Assembly (NCBI RefSeq): GCF_000315625.1
Contig: NW_005434670.1
Location: 144,237-208,236 of the forward strand
Origin: Guillardia theta CCMP2712
Lineage: Eukaryota > Protista > Cryptophyta
Reading direction: 5' to 3'
DNA: 64,000 nt
The notes under the pieces were generated by a model. It was not told where the DNA came from and searched no databases. It was given only the letters and a program-made list of their open reading frames with translations. Position 1 is the stretch's first letter. Every line of letters starts with the position of its first letter. Positions 12,056 through 22,960 of this stretch are shown here, one piece after another. The position numbers and the translations under genes are program-made.

Positions 12056-12525
12056 CAGACCGACCAACTCCCCGGTCTGCAAACATTTTAGCCTCTAGGG
12101 GTCCTTTCCGCTTTTCCTCCGGGCCTTTGGTGGGTGGGTGGGTGGTCTGAAATATTTGTAACACCGTTACTCTTGTAACGTCAACGCAAATATTACCCTA
12201 CCATGGAAACTCACGGTTTCAAGTACGGGTGGTTGAACAAACCGATTTGAATGACCACCCCCTCCAGTTCCGAGCCACTCATGAGATCGTGAACCATCCT
12301 ACCCATCAAATTCCATCATTTCAGTGTCAAATGAACCGGTGTAATCCCTACCCCCACACTAAATCATCTCATATCGTTCCCGCCCTCCCATCGCTCTGCT
12401 CCCCTTGCCCTGCAGCGCCGTTTGCCTCTGCTTCTACTGCCCTTCCCCTCCTTACGGCTCCCGTCCACCTTCACAACTTTTTCTTCACCTGTGTACCCTC
12501 CCGTATCGTTGCTTTCTTAAGAAGT

Positions 12526-13206
12526 ATGGCCAGCATGATTGAGGCCCAGGCCCAGGCTGCCTTAGAGCAGCACCTGACAAACGTGGCCAGTGCGATTGAG
12601 AGCACCCTCGATGAGCAGATCAAGAAACTTGATGATATGGATGAGGACGATCTAGATCGTCTCCGAGAAGTGCGCCTTCAGCAACTCAAGAAGCAGAACG
12701 AGCAGAAGGCTGAATGGAGACGCAAGGGTCATGGGAAGTATGAGGAACTTTCGGAAGAAAAGGAGTTCTTTGCAGCCTCCAAGGCGAGCGAGAACGTTAT
12801 CTGCCACTTCTACAGGCCATCGACTCACCGCTGTGCAATTGTTGACAGGCATCTTGCTCAGATTGCCAACGATCACGTCGAAGCTCGGTTTGTGAGACTC
12901 AATGCAGAGAAATGTCCATTCCTTGTCGAAAAGCTCCGAATCGTTGTCCTCCCCACTATTGCTCTTATTAAGAACACCAAGACTTTAGATTACATCGTGG
13001 GATTTGATGATCTTGGGGGACAGGATGACTTTCCCACTTCTGTGCTTGAATGGCGAATTGCTTGTCAGGGCATTATCAAGGTCGACTACGACGTTCATGA
13101 AGGCCCACCTTCTGGTCTGAACCCCAAGGGAGGACGGAAGCTTGCTACCGCAAGGGCTGGCATATGGCAAAAGCATGACGAGAGCTCTGGAGAAGATGAC
13201 GACTAA
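12526..13206 (+). CDS. TXNDC9: Thioredoxin domain-containing protein 9 / phosducin-like protein 3 (CCT co-chaperone); intronless
   Basis: LDRLREVRLQQLKK, GHGKYEEL, VICHFY, RCAIVDRHL, NAEKCPFLVEKLRIVVLPT, IVGFDDLGG-DDF, LEWRI. First plausible ATG at 12526. Confidence 0.92.
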   Translation: MASMIEAQAQAALEQHLTNVASAIESTLDEQIKKLDDMDEDDLDRLREVRLQQLKKQNEQKAEWRRKGHGKYEELSEEKEFFAASKASENVICHFYRPSTHRCAIVDRHLAQIANDHVEARFVRLNAEKCPFLVEKLRIVVLPTIALIKNTKTLDYIVGFDDLGGQDDFPTSVLEWRIACQGIIKVDYDVHEGPPSGLNPKGGRKLATARAGIWQKHDESSGEDDD

Positions 13207-13523
13207 CTCCAGGATTTCTATCTCTTTACTAAAAGAAGTACACCATGAAAAGTAAATACGGATGCTTACAAAGTGTCATGTAATTGTGGGTGAATGAGAT
13301 AATGAAACATTTCGACTGATGATTCCTTCTGTTTGATTGTTCGTCTCTTCATATGATGATTGCAACACTACATATCAGTATTCTTATCTTTTATTACTAT
13401 CGAACATGGATATAGTGCTATGTATCTGACAAGTGAATCTCGTGACAGGAGTTGCAGTCCTAAGTTACAAGTCGCACAAGAATATTGGAAGGGCGTAACG
13501 GCCAATATTCATTGCAACAACAT

Positions 13524-14378
13524 TCACTTGCTGTCGTGTTGAAACTCGTTCTTGATTCTTCTCGCTGCTGTTGTGAGATTGTTCACCAGTTCCTCGGGGT
13601 TATCACCAGCAGCACCGAGACGCTTCTGAGCAGTCTCCTCCTCCATGAAAGGCACCATTGCCCACTGCAGCAGGAAGGCCTCGAGAACGTCCAAAGCGCT
13701 CCGGTACGCTTCGTAGACCTGCCCGTTGCCTTGCTCGCGATAGAGATCGCAGAAGTATGTGGTGAGTTGCAAGATTGTCCACTCCTCCTCCGCACCATCT
13801 TCAACCGAGACGACACACGGGAGAAGCACCAGATGTGGAAACGCTACGATAAGAGCAGCAGCACACCAAAATGATTCGCAGCATATAGCGTAGTGCAGTG
13901 CCCAAGCATTCCTGACGCACAAGCGCTCCTGCTTCATGGAAGAGCGATGCACTGTGATACTAAATTGACAAAGAGCAGGAAGCCCCGTTTCAGGAATCCA
14001 GCCTGCCATGAGGAGATATCTGACAAAAGCGAAATTTTTGCTCTGTACGCTTTTCATCAGCGTTATCTCTATCCTCTCCCTCCCGATTTCAATGTAGGAT
14101 GCTGCTGTACCCTTGACCACAGGAACACCAATAGCGCAGTTATCTGGCAGATTTGAGTCTCCATCTTCCAAATCTGTTTCGATTGCTTGGCATTGAGAAG
14201 CTTCGTTGATAGTTTGGAGAGGTTCGATCTCTTGCTTCGGCTTTGCCGCCCACTCCGATTGGTCCAGGATAGATTTTCTTTTCTTCGGGGTTTGTTTTTC
14301 TCTGTTGTATCTAGGGCTTCGCCGAGCGGCAAGCATTTCCACAGTGTCTACAGATCTTTTCAGCCCGCTTTTTGCCAT
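13524..14378 (-). CDS. Uncharacterised intronless protein (~284 aa) with a possible degenerate ankyrin-like segment
   Basis: Long open frame; FVRYLLMAGW...NAWALHYAICC resembles a divergent ankyrin repeat. Confidence 0.6.
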   Translation of the reverse strand: MAKSGLKRSVDTVEMLAARRSPRYNREKQTPKKRKSILDQSEWAAKPKQEIEPLQTINEASQCQAIETDLEDGDSNLPDNCAIGVPVVKGTAASYIEIGRERIEITLMKSVQSKNFAFVRYLLMAGWIPETGLPALCQFSITVHRSSMKQERLCVRNAWALHYAICCESFWCAAALIVAFPHLVLLPCVVSVEDGAEEEWTILQLTTYFCDLYREQGNGQVYEAYRSALDVLEAFLLQWAMVPFMEEETAQKRLGAAGDNPEELVNNLTTAARRIKNEFQHDSK

Positions 14379-15889
14379 ACAAAGCAATACTTTCGCAGAA
14401 TGGAATAAGCGAATTAACAAGTATGAAACAGCTTTGGACGTGGGTTCACTTCTACAAGTTTAGATTGAGATGATCAACGATGAAACTGTCAAGTCTCGAC
14501 CAGGAAGAGACAAACAAGCACGTTGCGAAGTAGAAGAGGAGCGAGGGGAGGTAGTTGCAGCACGCTAGAAGGTGGAGTGAGAGAAAACAGTGGGATGTCG
14601 GAATAAGAAGGACACAGAGTCAGGGGAAGGTATAGGGTGTGATCACGGGGACAGGGGTGGGGGTGGGGGTGGGGTAGACAAAACCTCAGTATAGAGGGGT
14701 CATATATACGAATTTGAGGTGGGTACTAGACGAGAGGTGGCGAGCACCCGGCGATTCCCAAGTGAAACCAGTCTGTATAGTAAAGAGTTAAGAATATACT
14801 TTTCGGCTTCCTCTAAGGGAGCTACAGAACTCGACTTACAGGCAGATACCAAAAAGTAGACCTTTCGAACTCATCAGAAAGTTCGAGATTCCATCTTGGA
14901 AATCAAGGGGGCAGACTGTCACGCGGACAAGGGGTCAGACCCTGTAAGGGAGCACGTGACTGATCATGCTGACGACCTCTTCGTTCATGCTCCTTCAATA
15001 TCCTCGCATCTCGAGAAGGGTTTCAGCACGTGTCCTTGATGACGAAAATCTAGAGTCTCGTGGATGTCAGCAGATGATACCAAAAGACAATGTTTAACAC
15101 CATGTTGCGAAAAGTTGGGCTATTGAGTCATTAAGCCAGTCGTATGTCAGCAAATAGTCGACCTTCACAACGAAACGATTCATGTTGGAATATTTAAGAC
15201 CAGACAGCAAAAAAACGATTTGATGATTACCAACAACAATGTAGTTGGATTAAAACAATTGTTTAAAAGTCGAAATTGCAGGACTTGGTTACATTTATGC
15301 ATTTTATAACTGTTTTCAGCACATTGTGGTACAGATTACAAGTCTTTTTATCACCTTCATTCTAGAATGTTTCAACCACCCCCTCGTTTGTCCTCTATGA
15401 TTTTAGGGGTAGTGACCTCAATCCTAGTTGAGGAGGTGGGTACATCTGTTTCACTTTTCGTCTTTGCGTTCCCCTGGGTATTTCTTGAGAAAAAGGGGGG
15501 TAGTGGTCATTCCTGGGGGCTTTGTTCTTGCAAGGGGGTCCTGACCACGCCGCTGGCTGCCTTGAGTCGGCGGAGCCATGGAAGCTGTTTCAGCAGCAGG
15601 CATGCTGAGTAGACACAGACAGAGGAGAAGATGAGAGCATAGAGAGTTTGTGAAGCAAGGACTTGATGGGCAGACATCTCAATACCAACTCACACGTCTC
15701 GGATATTCTACAGTTGCCTGTTGTTACTGCTGCAGAGCGTTCTTCGATTGTTTGATTTGCAAGGGTTTGGGTCAAGTTGCAAAGGCTCAGCTCACAGTGC
15801 AGAATTTTAGTGATTGGGAATCGGATCGCGATCATAGTCTTTCCACGTTGACTCATTACCGAAGTGTTTCAACGTTTGCATCTGAAAAC

Positions 15890-16354
15890 ATGTCGGCATC
15901 TGACGGCCCAATTCTTTTGACAAGGCTATCCAAGCTTCCTGCAGCAGATCTCTACTTTTTCGAAGAGATTTATTGCTCCATGGGACAGCAGGAAGCAGCT
16001 AAATGGTTGAACTCCAGGCCTCGGCTACGAGGGTCCAATTCTGGTTCTTCATCGCCCCTCCATTCCAACCCGAGCAGCGCTTCGGTTAGCCGCGTGCAGT
16101 CATCGGATGGGATGCAGCGGAAGCTCTTTCAGACTACAGGTGTCAACAGGGAATGGAGCTCCTCATGGAAGGGACAACCCTCCAAGTTGACTTCGGAAAC
16201 ACAGATCACGGGAGATGACAAAGTTGTGCATGCGCACCACAAGACGGAGATGGACGCGGAATTTGCGCATGCAGCGTCGAGAGGAGGGAACCATGCGTGT
16301 CTGATCTACACCGATGCGGCACATCTCATACGAAACGATGAAGACCACCACTAG
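15890..16354 (+). CDS. Uncharacterised Ser-rich protein (~154 aa)
   Basis: Open frame from the ATG at 15890 (MSASDGPILL...); no recognisable domain. Confidence 0.5.
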   Translation: MSASDGPILLTRLSKLPAADLYFFEEIYCSMGQQEAAKWLNSRPRLRGSNSGSSSPLHSNPSSASVSRVQSSDGMQRKLFQTTGVNREWSSSWKGQPSKLTSETQITGDDKVVHAHHKTEMDAEFAHAASRGGNHACLIYTDAAHLIRNDEDHH

Positions 16355-17203
16355 GCACTTGTTGTGATGATGTCTTTGAGGATCAGGAGTCCAGCTGAAG
16401 TGTAAATATCCTGTCACTTTGTTCTAGCACTGCGTGTTGAGTGTTTCATTCCGCTATGTTTCTCTTTTGTTGCTGCATGGCAATGCAGAAGCGAACAAGA
16501 TTCTCAGCGCATGAATGGGATGCTATTCTTTTTTCTCAATATATTAATTTTTGTGGAGTGAATGAATGATTCGAATATTACCTCTTCCGGCCTCTTACCT
16601 GGTTGCCTTTTCGACAACCAAAACACTTCCCACATATTGGTGTACCGCTTTTCGTCTTACTCCTCTAGAATCTGCCTTTTAACAACACAATCCTTCCGTA
16701 CTTGTAGGGATTATTTGTCGAACTGAATCGCGTTGCGCATGGTACGGATTTCCACCATGAGCGTTAATGAAGGGCTGAATGTTCATGAGACGCTCGTACT
16801 CGTAGTAGCCGAAGGGACCTGTTATAATGAATAAGCCTTCAAACGAAAGGACGGAAGCCATCCTATCGGTCAGGATGAAGCACGGATCATAACCTTTATT
16901 GGCATTCGAAACAATCTACTTGAACCGACAAAACAATCACGATGTGCAAGACGATTCAGACTAAGCAGCCTTCTCATAGAACAGGAGAGATTTCGAATCT
17001 TCTCACACGAAAAAAACTAATCAACAACGAATCATCGAATGTCTATTACCCGGTTGGAGCAGAGAGCTCAAAACACTATCATCAGCTGATATTGACCTGC
17101 AGCGTGTACAGCCACGTAAATTGAGCTCATTTTGGAGGGAGCGAGTAGTATCAAGTATGAGATCTACAACGGTCAAACTGATGCTCATGAAATCTCCCCT
17201 GGA

Positions 17204-19124
17204 TCAATACTGTCCCATGGCCTTCTCGAGCAGAAGCGCAAGGAGGAAACCAACGTACACCTGCACATCGTACAGCAGATGAGGTCGAGAAGCAGAGCTG
17301 AACGAAGTTTTCTCACCTGGATGTCGACCCACCACACATGGTCATCTCCCTCTTCGTGTGCTGCCACCAGGAGCTCCTCACACACCATGTACAACAGAGC
17401 AGCGACTTTCAACGGACGAATCAGACAGGTAGAGAGGAGAGAATTCCAGGTTCACCCCCGAAAGCAGTGCAGGCGACCAGGGCCGGCTCGTTAGCTGAGA
17501 GCGCATGCGCGACAAGTCCTCCGATGCAGGCGCCGAACAGGAGGAAGAGGGGACCTAGGGCAAGCATGTGTCACTTCGACTGACAGCAGACACTCGACGG
17601 AGAGTGTCTTACCCAGTACAACTGCGATTCCAGCCTTCAACCGGGGATGACCAGCACAGGTCGTCTGTAGAGAGCAAGTTATCCCTGCATGGATGAAACT
17701 GGATTTCTGAGACAGGCTTCATACCGCAAACGTAAGCCCAAGAAATCCCATCTCCACGCACAAGGCAATGGCCATGAAGACTCCAGCACTGAAAACAACG
17801 ATAGTCAGTCGTGACAGCACAGCCTGTACTTTTGACAGGAGGGCGGCTTGCCTGTTTCCTGTGATGAGAGAGATTCCAATCAACAAGCCGTCCATGATTG
17901 AATCCACATACACACACCTGACCATTGCATGTCATCAGGAGCAACAATCAGAAAGCACAGCTTACATTGCAAAAAGGTAGGGAAAGGGTCTCAATGTTTG
18001 GAGATTGTTCTCTGCAGTATATTTCCTTGCATCCCCTCTTGATGTCCCATCAGGGTTGAGATATGTTGACGAAGTCTCAGCTTGGATTTGGCTGGACGGG
18101 ACAGCTGATGATTTCCCATCGAAGTTGTCAGGATTGGTGCTGGTGGGACCACTGGGAATCTCGTGTGGAGAGCGGCTATCTCCCTCCTGTTTGAGCTCGC
18201 CCTCCTGCTGGTTCGGCATGCCTGAACTTTGCTCGAAGTGCTCATACGCTATGAAAGACATGAGAGATGTCAGAAAATCATTGAATTACCTTGGCCAACC
18301 AGCGATCGAACATGTCGGCCGTGATGGGCGATTCCGTCCTGAGACATGCGCCTAAACGTCATCAGTCCCATGACAGACTTGGCTCGAGTGTAAGATACCC
18401 AGCGAGGTTCCCGTCCAATGAAGGTCTTGCATCCTGTCACACATCAGTCGTGGCGCTCTGTAATAGGCAGCAGCAAATATTCTGCTATACACATACGTGC
18501 GTGTTCTGTATCTTGATTGTCTCAGCTTCCCGAGGGAGTGTGCCATTGGTCTGTATCCGACAACATGTTCATTCAATGAATTTGGTTTGGAGTGGATTTG
18601 ATCGACTTACGTTGACATCCTGTGACAATTCCGTCGAAACTTCCTCTGCATCCTCCTCGGGGGGCTGACACAAAGTCACGACAAAGATTGTTGATGGCAG
18701 GTCAGAGTTGAGTTGTTCTAGATCACCTCAAGGAATATGGAGAGTCCCAGCATGACACCAACTCCCAGCACAAACCCCACAACGAGACCGCCGATGCTCG
18801 CTGCCTTCTTCGCTGCTGCTAAGGGAGGCACCTGAAATAGATTGAGCTTCACAATACTAGCACACTTCAACTGTCAGACACTGACCAGCTCAGTCGCGAT
18901 GGCACAAAAAACGATCCCTGCGGCGAGATGTTGGAGAGCATGTGCCATTACTTTTGGAGGAGGCCGAGGCAGCATGATTGTTAGCAGACTGCCGATGAAC
19001 ATGATCCCTGCTGGGATCAGAGCTAGGAGGACGCTCTGTCCTGCAACCTGGCGGGGGGTCCTCGTCAAAACCTTGTTGCATCCAGGTTGTTGTCACTTAC
19101 CTGCCCAGGGCTGCTGTTTTCCAT
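17204..19124 (-). CDS. ZIP (ZupT/GufA-like) divalent metal transporter; multi-exon
   Basis: TM segments VLLALIPAGIMFIGSLL, ALQHLAAGIVFCAIATELV, VYVDSIMDGLLIGIS, AIALCVEMGFLG, AALLYMVCEELLVAAHE, with a long cytosolic loop; ends LLEKAMGQY*. Confidence 0.88.
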
Positions 19125-19532
19125 ACTGTTAAGAGCATTGACCATGGTGACTCGAAAGCGCGGTGAAGACTGCAAGTGCTGATAGCAGATTGAACCTGAG
19201 GACAGCTATCAACAATTTAGCAAAATGATACGGTTTGTCGGTAGCTTCCTACGCATCTCTATCGTTCTAAGAATGCATAATCGATTCTGACTTGTATTCA
19301 TAAACTCGTTTCTCCTGCTTATTGCTTGACCCTCCCCTGCTTAATCACTTCAAAGCTTAGCCCGCCAAATTCAACGAAACTGTACCACTCTCCTCCTCTG
19401 CGCTCCGCTACCGCCATCATCTGTCTGAGACTCGACATCTGCCTAGCTCCTACTCACATCTATCTGCCTCCTACTGTGAGCGCTTCCCTCCCTCCTCCCC
19501 ACTTCGCTCCCTCCTCCCCACCGATTGCTAGC

Positions 19533-20150
19533 ATGCCTGGCTTGAAATTTGTTTTTCTGACCGCCAAGGGGGAGCTTGGCTACAAGGGCAAGCTAGGGGA
19601 TAACGGACTCAGAGTGCTACCAGGCTATGAGTTGCTGCAAACCTGAATCTCAAGCAGACTGGCAGCTCTTGACATGCCTCTCACCGTCGAGGAGTCTATA
19701 CATATCTGGCGCATCCACCTGATGAGCGTTTAGTAGTCTTTTGAGCAGACTTGACACGACTGCTGCCCCTACTGCTCCCTCCCCAGAGTTTACTAGTGCA
19801 CACACCCCTNNNNNNNNNNNNNNNNNNNNNNNNNNNNNNNNNNNNNNNNNNNNNNNNNNNNNNNNNNNNNNNNNNNNNNNNNNNNNNNNNNNNNNNNNNN
19901 NNNNNNNNNTTTTACTGACTGCTATTGGCACTTTTGATAGCAGAGACTGGTATCGTGACGGTGTCCCTCTGCGCCCCTTGCTTCGGGCTTACTATAGTAA
20001 TAAAACTGATAGCAAAACCTAAAATACTTTTTGTCTCCGATAGAGAGCTGTTTCGCATAATCTCACTTCTCTGTAAAGTGGAAGCGTTGTCATCTCGGGA
20101 TAATCTCTCCGAGTAACTCCTTCCTCAAGGATACAATAACGGACGTTATA
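19533..20150 (+). pseudogene. Degraded coding relic spanning a scaffold gap, probably repeat-derived
   Basis: Protein-like frame MPGLKFVFLTAKGELGYKG... interrupted by several in-frame stops, without intron signals. Confidence 0.3.
19810..19909. other. Assembly gap (100 N)
   Basis: Run of N. Confidence 1.
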
Positions 20151-21729
20151 ATTGTTATTTCGAGGTGGCTCGTCCCAGCCTCGGGCCCTCAGCCCTCCCT
20201 CCCTCCTCCCCACCCCTCCCTCCTCCCCACTTCCCTCCCTCCTCCCCCTCATTGCCACCCGCCATCTCCTCAGCACTCTCGCCACCACGCTCCTTCTGGT
20301 GCTTTTCCCCCAGTGGAACGAGCTCTCTCGGTCCTCCGAGTAGCGGAAAAGGGGTGGGTACTGGTATAGGATCTTTGTTGCTACAGACGGGGTATCAGAT
20401 GTTTTTAATCTCAACCACCGGGTAGTTCCCGTCTGAAGTACCCACCACTTGTGAGAACTGTCAGCTCAATTGAAATTTGCATCCATTTCAGGCTGTTTTT
20501 TTTTTCCTCCGGCATAAAATCCTTTTAGAGAATCTCCCACAATCAACCCCTTTTTTTTACACGGTCAATGGGAGGTGGGGTAGTCGGGAACTTGTTGCCC
20601 CGAAACCCCCTTGAACCTCCGTTCTTATCTTGAGCACAGGTTGAACTTGCAGTATAACCACCGGCCAAATACTCCTTTAAAATTTGAATTGATATGCCGA
20701 TTGAATGAAAATTGCGACTCTGTGGAGTTCAATCAGCTTAGAGAAATCTCTGCACCTTGCTTCAATTTATCTGCTCCAAAATTCGAAATTGAATAGTCAT
20801 CGTTTGAAAACGCATCAGTGACCTACTACACCGTTTCCTTTGAGCCAACTTTTTAATTTTAAAATAGAATAATCTAAGGTTCGCCGGAAAAGGGCACACA
20901 CACGACGGTGAGTCAACTGACATAACGTTTGAGTAACGGTTTTTAACGGCTCAAACGGTTCTCTGGTCGCCCAACATTGGCGGCTCATCTACAATGCCCG
21001 AAATACCTTGGCACTAAAGATGGGATCATGGAAGAGCAGGAGAAAAATGAACAGGAACAAATCAAAGGAAGTCATGAGATGTTCAAATGCGTCAAAGAGC
21101 GATGGACATTTTCTTGTTGTGTATGATACTTGCAAAATGCACATCGATGGAAGGGACATCTGAAAAAGTTGACTACAAGTTGCACAAACACTCCTTGAAT
21201 GAGCTCTTGTGCCTAGGATTATGTTGCAGTATGACAGACGAGCCAAAGAAAAAGAGGGATTGGTTGGAAGGGAGGGTCAGGAAAGGAAAGTTCAGAAACG
21301 CAGGGCACTGAAACTTCGCGGTCAGCATGCAAATAGAGGATTAGGTGCAAGAAGCATGTCAGCCATGATTATGTCTGCCAAAATATTAGGCGATGATGTT
21401 GAACACAGGTTGTAGACAAAGAATCTAATGTAATGTGACTACACAGATACGCAAAAACTGCAAAGATAGTTTGAGCAACTGACAGTTGAGGAATCGTGAA
21501 GAGCAGTATCCTTGCATTAGTCTATCATCTCGTTATGATGTTTGTCAGGATTTAGGGTTTGGTTTTCGCTGTGTTTCGAATGAGAGTGATGGTGCCCTTT
21601 ATGTCTACAAGAGAAGACCCTATTCACTTGTTGTTTCACTGCTCCTTGGTCTCCTCGTCCCTCCTTCTCATTCCTTTCGAGCAATGTCGTTCTCTGCTAA
21701 GTCCGTGTACTCTCACAGTGTGTTCGGAC

Positions 21730-21927
21730 ATGTTTCAGCTACTTGCTTCGGGCTACGGCTGCATGCCAACAGCGTCCAACTGGAACTGCGTCGTCGACCC
21801 GATCCCCGGCGACTATGGCGCGTACAAGGACTTCTCGAGCAAGCATGAAGAGCCCCCGCACGGGGACTGGGTCTACTGGGAGCATGATCAGTGCAAGCTC
21901 GACAAGGTCAACGGCACGTGTAGATAG
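21730..21927 (+). CDS. Small Cys/aromatic-rich protein (~65 aa; start uncertain)
   Basis: MFQLLASGYGCMPTASNWNCVVDPIPGDYGAYKDF...QCKLDKVNGTCR with strongly C/G-ending codons against an AT-richer background. Confidence 0.6.
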   Translation: MFQLLASGYGCMPTASNWNCVVDPIPGDYGAYKDFSSKHEEPPHGDWVYWEHDQCKLDKVNGTCR

Positions 21928-21989
21928 ATGAGCAGGAAGGGAGGGAGGATGATTGCAAGGGTTGTCAGTGCTGCTCCTGGGGTAACTAA

Positions 21990-22740
21990 CTCTCTATGAC
22001 AAGGGGAGATAGAGGAGGACGTGGAGGAAACACCTCGTCAGACTCGTTGGACGCGTACGAGGTTGTAAAGAAGATTGCCTCAAAGAAATGATGAGCGCTG
22101 TGAAATGCTGAACCCTCTGCTCTTGTTGTTGTTAGACAGCGCCATGGCTGCATCTGTCTGAAAAACGTCGCAACTTAACGACTTTCATGTATGTGTTCCT
22201 CCATGTCGAGCGGTATGACTGAACAGCCTCGGACCCTCACCTCGCATCTCCACTCACTCCATCCTCTGTCTTCCACCAGCTTGAGAAAGCAAGCAGAGGA
22301 AGACAGAGTCGGTGTATCCATCGCACTCCTTGACATGCCATGATGCGAACTCGACGAACTCGGCGATAGTTCGAGCTTCCTTCACAGGGCATGGCGGACC
22401 AAACATGGCGCCGTCATTACTGGACATGGCAGACCTGATTGTCGTCTCAGTCTGCTCCCCCAGCATGTTCACTCTCGACCCCTCTGAGGTTCCTTCTACA
22501 TCCCCTGCCCCCCCTGCCCCTCCCCATGACCGTCTGCCATATCTTTCTATTAGTGATACCTGTGGCGTTATCGAGGGGGTCGGAGAGGGAGCGAACAGAG
22601 GCGAGGGCAGGAGGGAGCCGGGGAGAGGAGAGGAGAGGAGAACAGGCTGAAGGGAGGAGGGGAGGAGGAGAGGAGAAGGGGAGGCAGGGAGGAGAACTCG
22701 AGCTGCTCAGAACTACACGCCTCAAAAGCTGCAGAACCAT
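21990..22740 (-). CDS. Possible small multi-exon uncharacterised gene
   Basis: Exon-like piece 22258-22490 (SAMSSNDGAMFGPPCPVKEARTIAEFVEFASW...) bounded by AG/GT signals; limits uncertain. Confidence 0.4.
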
Positions 22741-22960
22741 TGCCGGAGATACGGGGATAAAGAGAGGCTGTTGAACGTTTCAGTATGGGGGAGACACATT
22801 GAACAGCACAGGGAAAGAGGCAGGGGAAGGAAATAGCTAGATACGTAAAGGAAGAGGGAGAGGAAGAGGAAGAGGAAGAGGAAGAGGAAGAGGGAGAGGA
22901 AGAGGGAGAGAGAGAGAGAGAGAGAGAGGAAGAGGGAGAGGGAGAGGGAGAGGAACTACC

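Noticed and set aside
16679-16861. 60-aa minus-strand ORF MASVLSFEGLF...
   Set aside because: Could be an exon of a small gene, but no motif or reliable gene model could be supported.
2531-19124. Zinc-homeostasis gene cluster (COG0523 plus ZIP)
   Set aside because: The genes are ~12 kb apart with several unrelated genes between, and no shared regulatory motif was seen.
22850-22955. Telomere-like (AG)n/GAAGAG tract
   Set aside because: Irregular purine microsatellite in a 5' region, with no fixed telomeric unit.
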